Source: Betaproteobacteria bacterium (GTDB lineage: Bacteria; Pseudomonadota; Gammaproteobacteria; Burkholderiales; SG8-39). Taken from it: a DNA stretch of 53,394 nucleotides. The notes below the pieces were generated by a model that was not told the origin of the DNA, searched no databases, and saw nothing but the letters and a program-made list of their open reading frames with translations. The stretch covers positions 1-53,394 of the forward strand of contig JAOTWE010000001.1 of assembly GCA_029863065.1 (NCBI GenBank). The letters run 5' to 3'. Shown here piece by piece: positions 16,208 to 25,165 of the stretch. A program made the translations under genes and the position numbers. The stretch's first letter is position 1. Every line of letters begins with the position of its first letter.

Positions 16208-17083
16208 TCAGGCTCCGAATATCTTCGAGTCTTTGTAGACGTGAAAGCCGCGCCCGGTTTTCTTGCCCAGGTGCCCGGCGGCGATCATGCGCCTCACCAG
16301 CGGCGGGCACGCGGCGCGCGGCTCGTGCGTCGCGCCGTGCATCGCCTCGCATACCAGCAGATGCGTATCCATGCCGACGAGATCGAGGAGCTCGAACGGG
16401 CCCATGGCGTAGCCCATCGCGTCCTTGATGGCCTTGTCGATCTCGGCGGGCTCGGCGACGCCCGCCTCGACCAGCCGGATGGCGTCGTTGTTGAACGGGA
16501 TGAGGAAGTAATTGAGGATGAAGCCCGGGCTGTCCTTGGTCTTCACCGGGTGCTGGCCGAGCGCCTGGCAGAACGCCCACGCCGCCTGGAAGCTCGCCTC
16601 GCTCGTATTCAGGCCGGGCGACATCTCCACGAGCTTCATCAGCTGCGCCGGCAGGCAGAAATGCATGCCGACGAAGCGGTCGTCGCGCCCCGAGCCACCC
16701 GCGATCTCGGTGATCGAGATGGTCGAAGTGTTCGACGCGAAAAGCGTGTGCGCCGGGCAGATCTTGTCGAGCTGGGCGAACAGCGCGTGCTTCACCTTCA
16801 GGTCCTCGAACACCGCCTCGATGACGACGTCGCAGGCCTTGAAATCCCCGAGCTTCGAGGTGCCGACGAGGTTGGCGAGGATCGCACTCACCTGCTCGGG
16901 CTTCAACTTGCCGCGCTCGACCGACTTGGCGAAGAACGCCTCGCTCTGTTTGCGCGCCTTTGCGAGCGCCTCGGCGCGCGTGTCGTAGACGAGCGTGCGG
17001 AAACCCGCGCGTGCCGCGACGATCGCGATGCCCGCGCCCATGGTGCCGCAACCCGCGACGCCTACGGTGCGTATGTCAGCCAT
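16208..17083 (-). CDS. 3-hydroxybutyryl-CoA / 3-hydroxyacyl-CoA dehydrogenase
   Basis: 291 aa. Motifs: VGVAGCGTMGAGIAIVAARAG, SNTSTISITEIA, PGFILNYFLIPFNNDAIRLVE. Confidence 0.9.
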   Translation of the reverse strand: MADIRTVGVAGCGTMGAGIAIVAARAGFRTLVYDTRAEALAKARKQSEAFFAKSVERGKLKPEQVSAILANLVGTSKLGDFKACDVVIEAVFEDLKVKHALFAQLDKICPAHTLFASNTSTISITEIAGGSGRDDRFVGMHFCLPAQLMKLVEMSPGLNTSEASFQAAWAFCQALGQHPVKTKDSPGFILNYFLIPFNNDAIRLVEAGVAEPAEIDKAIKDAMGYAMGPFELLDLVGMDTHLLVCEAMHGATHEPRAACPPLVRRMIAAGHLGKKTGRGFHVYKDSKIFGA

Positions 17084-18254
17084 GCGTTCCCCTGTCGATG
17101 AAGCTGCGCCCGATGAGCTGGCGGTGGATCTGGTTGGTGCCTTCCCAGATCTGGGTGATCTTGGCGTCGCGCATCAGGCGCTCGACGCGGTAATCCTTGC
17201 AGTAGCCGTAGCCGCCGTGCAGCTGCACCGCCTCGGTGGCGATGCGCATCGCCAGGTCCGAGGCGCGCAGCTTCAGCATCGAGGCCTCGATGCCGATGTC
17301 CTGCGCGCCGCCGTCGACCAGGCGCGCGACATGCCACAGCCACGCCTCGCACTGCGCGAGCTCGGCGGCGAGGTCGGCGAGCAGGAACTGGATGCCCTGG
17401 AATTCGATGATGCGCCGGCCGGACTGGCGCCGCTCGTTGATGTAGGCCACCGCGTCCTCGAAGGCCGCGCGCGCGATGCCGAGCGCGTGCGCCGCGACGC
17501 TCGGGCGCGACTTGTTGAGCGAGGCGAGAAGAAGCGCGAGGCCGTCGCCCGGCTTGCCGAGGAGGTTGGCGCGCGGCACGCGGCAGCCGTCGAAGGCGAG
17601 GGTCGCGGTGCCGGAGGCGCGGATCCCCATCTTGTCCTCGGTGCGCACCACCGACAGTCCCGGCGTGCCCTTCTCGAGAATCAGGGCCGAAATGGACTTT
17701 CGCTCGTCGTCGATCTCGCTCCACTTGCCGAAGAGGAGCATCAGGTCGGCGAGATCACCGTTGGTGATGAAGGTCTTGCCGCCGTCGACGACGATGTGCT
17801 CGCCCTCTGGGCGAAAGCGCGTCTTCATGCCGGTGGCGTCCGACCCCGCGCTGGGCTCGGTGATGGCGAGCGCGACCAGGCCGCCCTGCGCGATGCGCGG
17901 CAGCAAACGCTTTTTCTGCTCCTCGTTGCCGAAGTCGACGAGCGGCTTGATGCCGTGGAAGTTGGTCGCCCAGATGATGCCGGTCGCGGCGCAGGCCTGG
18001 CTGATCTCGCGCACGCAGGCAAGGTACGCGGCGTAGGACACGGGGTGCCCGCCGTAGGCCTCGGGGATGAACATCGCGTTCAGGCCGAGCGCGTTGATCG
18101 CCTTCAGGTTATCGTGCGGAAACTCGGCCGTGCGGTCGTGGTGTTCGGCGCGCGGGGCGATGGCCTCGTGCGCGAGCGTGCGCACGGCCTCGACCAGCAT
18201 GCGCTCTTCGTCCTTCAGGGCAAGCGTGCCGTCGAGGCGCTCGAAGACGTTCAT
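17076..18254 (-). CDS. acyl-CoA dehydrogenase
   Basis: The ATG at 18254 overlaps the upstream stop (ATGA). Sequence: MNVFERLDGTLALKDEERMLVEAVR...ITEPSAGSD...IWEGTNQIHRQLIGRSFI. Confidence 0.9.
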   Translation of the reverse strand: MNVFERLDGTLALKDEERMLVEAVRTLAHEAIAPRAEHHDRTAEFPHDNLKAINALGLNAMFIPEAYGGHPVSYAAYLACVREISQACAATGIIWATNFHGIKPLVDFGNEEQKKRLLPRIAQGGLVALAITEPSAGSDATGMKTRFRPEGEHIVVDGGKTFITNGDLADLMLLFGKWSEIDDERKSISALILEKGTPGLSVVRTEDKMGIRASGTATLAFDGCRVPRANLLGKPGDGLALLLASLNKSRPSVAAHALGIARAAFEDAVAYINERRQSGRRIIEFQGIQFLLADLAAELAQCEAWLWHVARLVDGGAQDIGIEASMLKLRASDLAMRIATEAVQLHGGYGYCKDYRVERLMRDAKITQIWEGTNQIHRQLIGRSFIDRGTHG

Positions 18255-18976
18255 CAGTGCGCTATGCCCTGGCCGCCGTCGAGGTAGATCGTCTCGCCGG
18301 TGAGATACGGAATGTCCTCGGAGAACAGCATCGCCACCAGCCGCGCGACGTCCTGGACGCTTCCAGGTCCGCCGGTCGGCACGCGCGCTTCCAGAAAGGC
18401 GCGCAGCGGGCCCTTCTGCATCGCCTCGGCATTGAGCTCGGTTTCGATGTAGCCGGGCGCGACGTCGAGCACGCGGATCTTCTGCGGCGCCCACTCGACC
18501 GCCAGGCAGCGCGTGATGGCGCCGACCGCCGCCTTGGAGGCGCAGTAGGCGAGGTTGCGCTTGACGCCGAGCTTGTCGAAGAACGAGCCGATGTTGACGA
18601 TGGTGCCGCCGTCGCGCGCCAGGTAGGGATAGATTTCGCGGCAGACGACGAATACACCGCGCGCGTTGGTATCCATGACCTCGTCGTAGACGCCGGTGGC
18701 GAGCTCGTGCGATTTGCCGTCGAGGTGGATGCCGGCGTTGTTCACCAGTCCGGCGATGTTGCCGGCGCGCTCGGCGAGCGTCGCCAGCGCCTGCCGGACC
18801 GAGGTGACGTCGGTGACGTCGCAGGCGATGGGGATGCAGCGCTCGTGCTCGGGACCGCCACCTTTGCGCGTCAGGCAGCCGACGGTGAAGCCGCGCCCGG
18901 CCAGCTCGAGCGCGATCGCCGCGCCGATGCCCCGGCTCGCGCCGGTGACCGCGATGACGCGGTTCTCGCCGGCCAC
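18254..18976 (-). CDS. SDR family oxidoreductase (BadH-like position in operon)
   Basis: The GTG at 18976 lies 1 nt after the upstream stop. Motifs: VIAVTGASRGIGAAIALELA, NNAG, YCASKAA. Confidence 0.85.
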   Translation of the reverse strand: MAGENRVIAVTGASRGIGAAIALELAGRGFTVGCLTRKGGGPEHERCIPIACDVTDVTSVRQALATLAERAGNIAGLVNNAGIHLDGKSHELATGVYDEVMDTNARGVFVVCREIYPYLARDGGTIVNIGSFFDKLGVKRNLAYCASKAAVGAITRCLAVEWAPQKIRVLDVAPGYIETELNAEAMQKGPLRAFLEARVPTGGPGSVQDVARLVAMLFSEDIPYLTGETIYLDGGQGIAH

Positions 18977-18977
18977 G

Positions 18978-19745
18978 TCAGCGGTCCCTGAACGCGGGCT
19001 TGCGCTTGGCCATGAACGCCGCCATGCCCTCGGCGGCGTCCTCGGTCTGGAAGGCAAGCGTGGAGAGGTCGGCCTCGATCTTCAGCCCCTCGGCGACCGG
19101 CGTATCGAGCGCGCGCGTCACCGCCTCGCGCGCAAAGCCGAGCACCGGCAGGCTGTGGCCGGAAAACTCGCGCGCGAAGGCCATGCCCTGGGCGAGCGCG
19201 TCGCCCTCGACCACGCGGCTCACCAGCCCCCAGGAAAGAGCCGTTGGCGCATCGATGGGTTTGCCGGTGAGCACCATCTCCAGCGCGCGCGCCTCGCCGA
19301 CCACGCGCGGCAGGCGCTGCGTGCCGCCGTAGCCCGGGATGAGGCCGAGCTTGATTTCGGGCGTGCCGAGCCGCGCGTTCGGCGTGGCGAGGCGGAAGGT
19401 GCAGGCGAGCGCGAGCTCGAGCCCGCCGCCGAAGGCGTAGCCGTTGATGATTGCCACCGAAGGCATCGGCAGGCGCTCGAGCTTCGCGAACGTCGCCTGG
19501 CCGTGCTCGGCGCCGCGCTTTTTCTGCAAGAGCGAGCGGTTGGCGAGCTCGCCGATGTCGGCGCCGGCGCAGAAGGCTTTTTCGCCCGCGCCGGTGATGA
19601 GCAGCGCGCGCGCATCGCCCGCGGCCACCTCGTCGAAGGCGCGGCCGAGGTCCTTGATCAGCGCGAACGACAGCGCGTTCAGCGCCTGCGGCCGGTTGAG
19701 GCGGATCAGAGCGAATTCCTCGATGCGCGAGAGTTCTACGGACAC
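18978..19745 (-). CDS. enoyl-CoA hydratase (crotonase; BadK-like position)
   Basis: 255 aa. Motifs: FCAGADIGE, AIINGYAFGGGLELALACTF, EGMAAFMAKRKPAFRDR. Confidence 0.9.
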   Translation of the reverse strand: MSVELSRIEEFALIRLNRPQALNALSFALIKDLGRAFDEVAAGDARALLITGAGEKAFCAGADIGELANRSLLQKKRGAEHGQATFAKLERLPMPSVAIINGYAFGGGLELALACTFRLATPNARLGTPEIKLGLIPGYGGTQRLPRVVGEARALEMVLTGKPIDAPTALSWGLVSRVVEGDALAQGMAFAREFSGHSLPVLGFAREAVTRALDTPVAEGLKIEADLSTLAFQTEDAAEGMAAFMAKRKPAFRDR

Positions 19746-19746
19746 G

Positions 19747-21372
19747 TCATTTCTCCTTTGCGGGTTCGCTCCAGCGCACCGGCTGCGGCGCGATGCGGCC
19801 GTTCTTCGCCCATTCCTGCAGCTCGCGCTTCAGGATCTTGCCGCTCGCGGTGAGCGGGAAGGCATCCAGCGCGAGGAAGTATTCGGGCATGTCGTATTTG
19901 GAGAGGCCGACCGCGTGCAGGTGATCGAGCAGCGCCTCCCCGGTCACGCGCTCGCCCTCGCGGCAGATTACCGCAAGGCAGACCTTCTCGCCGAGGCGCG
20001 CATCGGCGACGCCGAAGGCTGCAGCCTTCTGCACCGCGGCGTGCTGGTGCGCGAGGTCCTCGATCCGCGCCGGGTGGATGTTGTGGCCGCCGCGGATGAT
20101 GAGGTCTTTCTTGCGGCCCATGATGCGCAGGCAGCCGCGCTCGTCGAGCGTGCCGAGGTCGCCCGACATGAACCAACCGTTTTTGTTGAACGAATCCTCG
20201 GTGGTCGCCTGGTTGTCGAAATAGCCGAGCATCAGCAGCGCACCGCGCGTGCCGATCTCGCCGACCGTTCCCGGCGGCACTTCGAGGTCGGGGTTCTCCT
20301 GGCTGAAGATGCGCGTCTCGTAGCCGTGGCAGGCGCGGCCGCAGGTCTCGACGATGGTCTGCGCGTCGTCGGTGGGCAGGGTGTACTGGTGCGAGCCGTT
20401 CTCGCTCATGCCGTAGATGTTCTGCGGCGTGATTCCCATGCCGAGGAAGGTCTGCGCCACTTCGCGCGGAATCGGCGAGCCCGCCATGTAAAAAAGGCGC
20501 ACCGCGCCGAGCTGCACCAGGCCGCGGCGCTTGGCCTCGGCGAGGATGTCGATGGCGTGCGTCGGCACGCCCATGATGTAAGTGGCGCCGCAGGCGATCG
20601 CCCAGTCGAGCGGCGTCATGCCCGCGGGCGGGTCTCTCAGCACCAGCTCGAAGCCCGCGGCCATCATCTGCTCGATCGCCACGGCGCCGATGTGGTGGCT
20701 CGTGGGCGAGAGGCTGAGGAGCACCGTCGAATGATCGTGATGCCAGTCGGTGACCATGGCGCGGCCATTGGCGAGCATCGTGTTGTCCGAGTGCATCACG
20801 CCCTTGGGCACGCCGGTGGTGCCCGAGGTGAAGGCCATGTAAATGATCTTGTCGGGGTCGTCGACCGGCGGCACGTCGCAGGCCGCGCCCGGCGCCGGGA
20901 ACGAAGTGCCGTTGACGTCGAATACAGTCTTCATCGGGGGGAGCGCCTGCGCGCCACGTGCGCCGGGCGCGCCGTAGCCCGTCTGCATCACCAGCGCCGC
21001 GGCGCGCGTGCGCTCCAGGAGCTGCACGATCTCGGCGGCGGTGTAGTTCTGGTGCAGCGAGGGCACGCATATGTATCCGTTCCTCGCGCAGGCAAGCAGC
21101 GCCACCACGCTCTCGGCGCGCGAAGGCAGCCACACGGCGACGCGCTGGCCGCGGCGCACGCCCGCCTGGTGCAGCCCTTGTGCCACCGCGTCGACCCAGG
21201 CGAGCAGCTCGTTCCAGGTGAGCCGCACGCGCGCATCGCGCAGCGCGTACCTTTCGGGGTGCCCGGCGGCGTGTCGTTGCAGAAGCGAATAGAAGGTGTC
21301 CTTGCGCCACGCGCCCGAGGCGTAATGGCGCGCCGCCTGCTGCGGGTTAAGCAGGGTCAGGACCGTGTTCAT
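19747..21372 (-). CDS. AMP-dependent acyl-CoA synthetase/ligase (AliA-like position)
   Basis: The ATG at 21372 gives MNTVLTLLNPQQAARHY. AMP-binding motifs: MAFTSGTTGVPKGVMH, YGMSENG, GWFMSGDLG, IIRGGHNI, SGKILKRELQ. Confidence 0.9.
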   Translation of the reverse strand: MNTVLTLLNPQQAARHYASGAWRKDTFYSLLQRHAAGHPERYALRDARVRLTWNELLAWVDAVAQGLHQAGVRRGQRVAVWLPSRAESVVALLACARNGYICVPSLHQNYTAAEIVQLLERTRAAALVMQTGYGAPGARGAQALPPMKTVFDVNGTSFPAPGAACDVPPVDDPDKIIYMAFTSGTTGVPKGVMHSDNTMLANGRAMVTDWHHDHSTVLLSLSPTSHHIGAVAIEQMMAAGFELVLRDPPAGMTPLDWAIACGATYIMGVPTHAIDILAEAKRRGLVQLGAVRLFYMAGSPIPREVAQTFLGMGITPQNIYGMSENGSHQYTLPTDDAQTIVETCGRACHGYETRIFSQENPDLEVPPGTVGEIGTRGALLMLGYFDNQATTEDSFNKNGWFMSGDLGTLDERGCLRIMGRKKDLIIRGGHNIHPARIEDLAHQHAAVQKAAAFGVADARLGEKVCLAVICREGERVTGEALLDHLHAVGLSKYDMPEYFLALDAFPLTASGKILKRELQEWAKNGRIAPQPVRWSEPAKEK

Positions 21373-21376
21373 GGCC

Positions 21377-22156
21377 CTAGTGGCCGAACTTGTCCGGGTC
21401 GGGCTTGCGCCTGGCGCGGAACGCCTCCGCGAGCTCGTGCGACTCGTCGGTCTCGAGGTAGGGACGCAGCAAAAGGTCGTGCGCCACGCGCGCCAGGCCC
21501 GAGACGCCGCCGTGGCGCGCGTTGAAGGCGGCCTTGATCGAGGCGAGCGCGAAGGCGCCGCGCTCGGCGAGCTCGAGCGCCATCTTCTTCGTCTCTTCAC
21601 GCAGCTGGTCGTCGGGCACCACGCGGTTGACGAGTCCGATGGCGAGCGCCTCGCGCGCGGAGAGCTTCGGGTTCAGCATCCACATTTCCTTGGCCTTCTT
21701 CTTGCCGACCAGGTCCTCGAGGTACCAGGTGCCGTAGCCGGCGTCGAAGCTGCCCATCATCGGCCCGACCTGGCGGAACACCGCGCTTTCCTTGGCGATC
21801 GTCAGGTCGCACATCACCTGCAGCACATTGCCGCCGCCGACCGCGAAACCGTTGACCGAGGCGATGACGGGTTTTTGCAGCCGGTCGATCGCTTCGTACA
21901 TCTCGAGCGTCGGCAGGACCCCGGCGTAGAGCAGCGTGTCCTCCATGCCTTCCTTGCGGCCGCCGATGCAGAAGAACTTGTCGCCGGCGCCGGTGATGAT
22001 GAGCACACGAGTGCGCGTCTCGCGCCGCACCTCGTTGATGCAGTCGCGGATCTCGTGACACATCTGCGGCGTGAACATGTTGCCGTCGTCGGGACGGTTG
22101 AGGGTGAGCCAGCCGATCGGCCCGTCCTCCTGGTAGAGAATGGTTTCAAAGCTCAC
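21377..22156 (-). CDS. MenB/BadI-type crotonase-superfamily enzyme (candidate 2-ketoacyl-CoA ring hydrolase)
   Basis: 259 aa. FCIGGRKEG, SVNGFAVGGGNVLQVMCDLTIA and GSFDAGYGTWYLEDLVGKKKAKEMW resemble the MenB/BadI subgroup rather than plain hydratases. Confidence 0.8.
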   Translation of the reverse strand: MSFETILYQEDGPIGWLTLNRPDDGNMFTPQMCHEIRDCINEVRRETRTRVLIITGAGDKFFCIGGRKEGMEDTLLYAGVLPTLEMYEAIDRLQKPVIASVNGFAVGGGNVLQVMCDLTIAKESAVFRQVGPMMGSFDAGYGTWYLEDLVGKKKAKEMWMLNPKLSAREALAIGLVNRVVPDDQLREETKKMALELAERGAFALASIKAAFNARHGGVSGLARVAHDLLLRPYLETDESHELAEAFRARRKPDPDKFGH

Positions 22157-22223
22157 GGCAGTCGCCTGTGCGGGTTGCGCAGGGCGATGATAGTCGCTCG
22201 GCGGGCGGAAATGAACGCCGGAT

Positions 22224-22853
22224 TCAGCCGCCGCGCGCGAGGATCAGCCGGTACAGGCGCGCGGGTCCCGGCGCCAGCAGATCCATGCCGATCTGCGCGG
22301 CGGCGGCGCGCACTGCGTCCTCCTCGTGGCCCTCGACCAGCACGAAGGGCGGGGGCAGCCGGTCGGGCGCGGCGCGCATCTTCGCTTCGGGATTCGGCAC
22401 CTGCGTGCCCTTGGTATCGGGGATCGCGAGCCGCACCCGGCCCGCACCGGCGTTCGCTTCGAGGATCGACAGCGCATCGTCGCCGGGTTGGGCGGGGAGC
22501 TCCACGCACGCCAGCACCGCGCCGGGCGCGCGCAGCGCGCCAAAGTCCGCCGCGATCTCGCAGGCGGCGCGCGTCATGTTGCGAAAGCGCGGCATGATGG
22601 CCTGGGTGCGCGGCGTGGGATTCGCCAGCCGCTCGAGGTAGGCGGGCGACGACAGCGCCGCGAGCGAGGCAGTGTCGTAGATCGCGGCGTAGCTGCGCGG
22701 CGCGGCCGCATCGCGGTAGCGGCGCGCGCTGAGGATGCCCGGAACGTCGAGGCGCTCGGGCACGTGCTCCTCGACGTACCAGGCGTTGAACTCGGCTTCG
22801 TCTTCGGCGGCGATGTCGTTCCACACCGCCAGCAGTCCGGGGCGCGCACTCAT
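22224..22853 (-). CDS. conserved hypothetical protein (N-terminal EthD/dimeric alpha-beta-barrel-like; tentative)
   Basis: The ATG at 22853 gives MSARPGLLAVWNDIAAEDEAEFNAWYVEEHVPERL. It is the first gene of the long minus-strand operon. The fold assignment is from memory only. Confidence 0.5.
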   Translation of the reverse strand: MSARPGLLAVWNDIAAEDEAEFNAWYVEEHVPERLDVPGILSARRYRDAAAPRSYAAIYDTASLAALSSPAYLERLANPTPRTQAIMPRFRNMTRAACEIAADFGALRAPGAVLACVELPAQPGDDALSILEANAGAGRVRLAIPDTKGTQVPNPEAKMRAAPDRLPPPFVLVEGHEEDAVRAAAAQIGMDLLAPGPARLYRLILARGG

Positions 22854-22932
22854 ACGCCGGACTATACCCGGCCTTCCCTTGACCGTCGGCGCGGTTTTGC
22901 TGCACCATCGCCGGGCCATCAAGGAGGAGCCC

Positions 22933-24210
22933 ATGCACGTCATGAAGAGAGCTATTGTCGCGGTCGCCGCAGCCGCATTGGTGCCGGCATTCGCCGCCGC
23001 CCAGGACGCGCCGCTCAAGATCGGCGTCGTCTCGTTCCTGTCGGGCGCGGCCGCGGGGCCGTTCGGCGTCCCGGCGCGCAACGGCGCGGAGATCATGTTC
23101 GAGATGCTGAATGCCGGCAAGGTGCCGGCGCCCTACGCCACCAAGGGATTCGGCGGCGCGCCACTGCAGATGAACCTGGTCGACGAGTCGGGCGGCACCA
23201 CCGTGCAGGTGACCGAGTTCCGCAACATGGTGCAGCGGGACAACGTCGATTTGATCATCGGCTATATCTCGAGCGGCAGCTGCCTGGGCATCGCGCCGGT
23301 GGCCGAGGAGCTGAAGAAGCTCACCGTGTTCTTCGACTGCGGCACGCCGCGCATCTTCGAGGAAAAGAGTTACAAGTACGTGTTCCGCACGGCGTCGACC
23401 GCGACCATGGACAGCGTCGGCGCGGCGCTCTACGTGAAGGACCTGAAGAAGGGCAAGATCAAGACCATCGCCGGCCTGAACCAGAACTACGCCTGGGGCC
23501 AGGACTCGTGGAAGGATTTCGAGGCGTCGATGAAGAACCTCACGCCGGGCGTGAAAGTCGCGACCTCGCAGATGCCCAAGCTGTTCGCCGGGCAGTACAA
23601 CGCCGAGATCTCGACGATCCTCGGGGCGAAGGCGGACGTCGTTCACTCGAGCTTCTGGGACGGCGACCTCGAGGCGTTCATCCTGCAGGCGGGACCGCGC
23701 GGCCTGTTCAAGAGGAGCACCGTGATCCTCACCACCGGCGAGACCGCGATGTACAAGCTGGCCGACCGCATCCCGGACGGCGTGGTGATCGGCGCGCGCG
23801 GACCCTACGGCCCATTCGCCCCGGATAACGAGCTGAACCAGTGGTTCTCGAAGACCTTCCAGGACCGCTACGGCGTGCCGCCCAACTACGCCGCGTACCA
23901 GATGGCGCAGGCGATCCTCGGCACCAAGGCGGCATGGGAGCGGGCGCAGGCCGCGAACGGCGGCAAGCGGCCCGACACCGACCAGGTGATCGCGGCTTTC
24001 GAGCGCCTGACCTTCATCAGCCCGGGGGGCAAGGTCGAGATGGCGATCGGCGGCGGCCACCAGGCGATCACCGAGACCGCCTACGGCGTGAGCCGGAAGG
24101 TCAAGGGCAAGATGACGGTTGCCAACGTCAAGCGCTATCCGGCCGAGATGGTCAATCCGCCGGACGGCGTCAAGGCCGAAGACTGGATCGCCAACGGCTT
24201 CAAGAAGTAA
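22933..24210 (+). CDS. ABC transporter periplasmic substrate-binding protein (LivK/branched-chain-amino-acid-binding type)
   Basis: AGGAGG lies at 22922-22927. The signal peptide is MHVMKRAIVAVAAAALVPAFAAAQDA. The type-I periplasmic binding fold pattern is LKIGVVSFLSGAAAGPFG. Confidence 0.9.
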   Translation: MHVMKRAIVAVAAAALVPAFAAAQDAPLKIGVVSFLSGAAAGPFGVPARNGAEIMFEMLNAGKVPAPYATKGFGGAPLQMNLVDESGGTTVQVTEFRNMVQRDNVDLIIGYISSGSCLGIAPVAEELKKLTVFFDCGTPRIFEEKSYKYVFRTASTATMDSVGAALYVKDLKKGKIKTIAGLNQNYAWGQDSWKDFEASMKNLTPGVKVATSQMPKLFAGQYNAEISTILGAKADVVHSSFWDGDLEAFILQAGPRGLFKRSTVILTTGETAMYKLADRIPDGVVIGARGPYGPFAPDNELNQWFSKTFQDRYGVPPNYAAYQMAQAILGTKAAWERAQAANGGKRPDTDQVIAAFERLTFISPGGKVEMAIGGGHQAITETAYGVSRKVKGKMTVANVKRYPAEMVNPPDGVKAEDWIANGFKK

Positions 24211-24268
24211 GCGATTCGCCTGACGAACGGCTGCCCGCGGGGCAGCCGTTCCTGCGTTTCGGGGGAGC

Positions 24269-25165
24269 GTGGACCAACTCGTAGCCGTCCTCATCGACGG
24301 CATCATCTATTCGGCCTGGCTGTTCGTTGCCGCGGTCGGCCTGACGCTGATCTACGGCGTCATGAAGATCGTCAACGTGACGCACGGCAGCTTCTACGCG
24401 CTCGGCGCCTACGCCGCCGCGTCCATTACCGGCTGGGCGCTCGCGCAGGGCATGCCGCCGTCGCTCTCCTACCCCGTGCTGCTCGGTTCGGCGCTGCTGG
24501 TGACGCTCGTCGTTGCGCCGCTCATCGAGCGCGGCATCCTGCGCTTCATGTACGTGAAGGACGAGGTGGTGATCCTGCTCATCACCTACGCCCTGTTCCT
24601 GATCCTCGAAGACGCCATCAAGCTGGTCTGGGGCGTGAACCCGTATTTCATCGCCGAGCCCTACGGCCTGCTCGGCAGCTTCGACGTCATGGACCTCACC
24701 TACCCCTACTACAACCTGATCCTGGTGGGCGTGGCGATCGTCTGCGGCGTGGGGCTTTTCTGGATGCTCGGCCACACGCGCGCCGGCAAGCTGCTGGTGG
24801 CGGTGATCCACGACACCGAGGTCAGCCGCGCGATGGGCATCAACGTCGAGCGCATGTATCTGTTCACCTTCACCTTCGGCTCGCTCCTGGCGGCGATCGG
24901 CGGCGCGTTCACCGCGCCTACGGTATCGGTCGTGCCGGGCCTGGGCATCGAGGTGATCGTGCTGTCGTTCGCGGTGGTGGTGATCGGCGGCCTGGGCAGC
25001 CTGCCCGGCGCGGCGCTCGGCGCGGTGATGGTCGGCCTGGTGCGCTCGGCCACCATCCATTACCTGCCGCAGGTGGAGCTGTTCGTCATCTACCTGGTGA
25101 TGGCGATGGTGCTCGCGTTCCGGCCGCGAGGCCTCTTCAGCATCGCCGAGGCGAGGAAGATTTGA
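24269..25165 (+). CDS. ABC transporter permease (LivH type)
   Basis: GTG start, 298 aa. GLTLIYGVMKIVNVTHGSFYALGAY is the LivH signature. Confidence 0.9.
   Translation: MDQLVAVLIDGIIYSAWLFVAAVGLTLIYGVMKIVNVTHGSFYALGAYAAASITGWALAQGMPPSLSYPVLLGSALLVTLVVAPLIERGILRFMYVKDEVVILLITYALFLILEDAIKLVWGVNPYFIAEPYGLLGSFDVMDLTYPYYNLILVGVAIVCGVGLFWMLGHTRAGKLLVAVIHDTEVSRAMGINVERMYLFTFTFGSLLAAIGGAFTAPTVSVVPGLGIEVIVLSFAVVVIGGLGSLPGAALGAVMVGLVRSATIHYLPQVELFVIYLVMAMVLAFRPRGLFSIAEARKI

Noticed and set aside
15564-17051. The 495-aa ORF, and likewise the N-terminal halves of 36536-39013, 42574-44769, 19747-21600 and 17076-18494, read as single large genes.
   Set aside because: Only the C-terminal parts show family similarity. 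The upstream parts are shadows of the preceding gene. Internal ATG/GTG starts lie at ATGA/TGA-GTG junctions or have a Shine-Dalgarno.
22153-24306. Very long alternative-frame ORFs. Examples: 22153-24306 minus (717 aa), 32317-34788 plus (823 aa), 14443-16023 minus, 14472-16238 plus, 33425-34921 minus, 38916-40424 minus, 37808-39445 minus, 19444-21525 plus and 367-1221 minus.
   Set aside because: Their translations are low-complexity and Arg/Ala/Gly/Pro-rich with no motifs. They overlap genes with clear family signatures on the other strand or frame. This is the classic open shadow frame of high-GC DNA.
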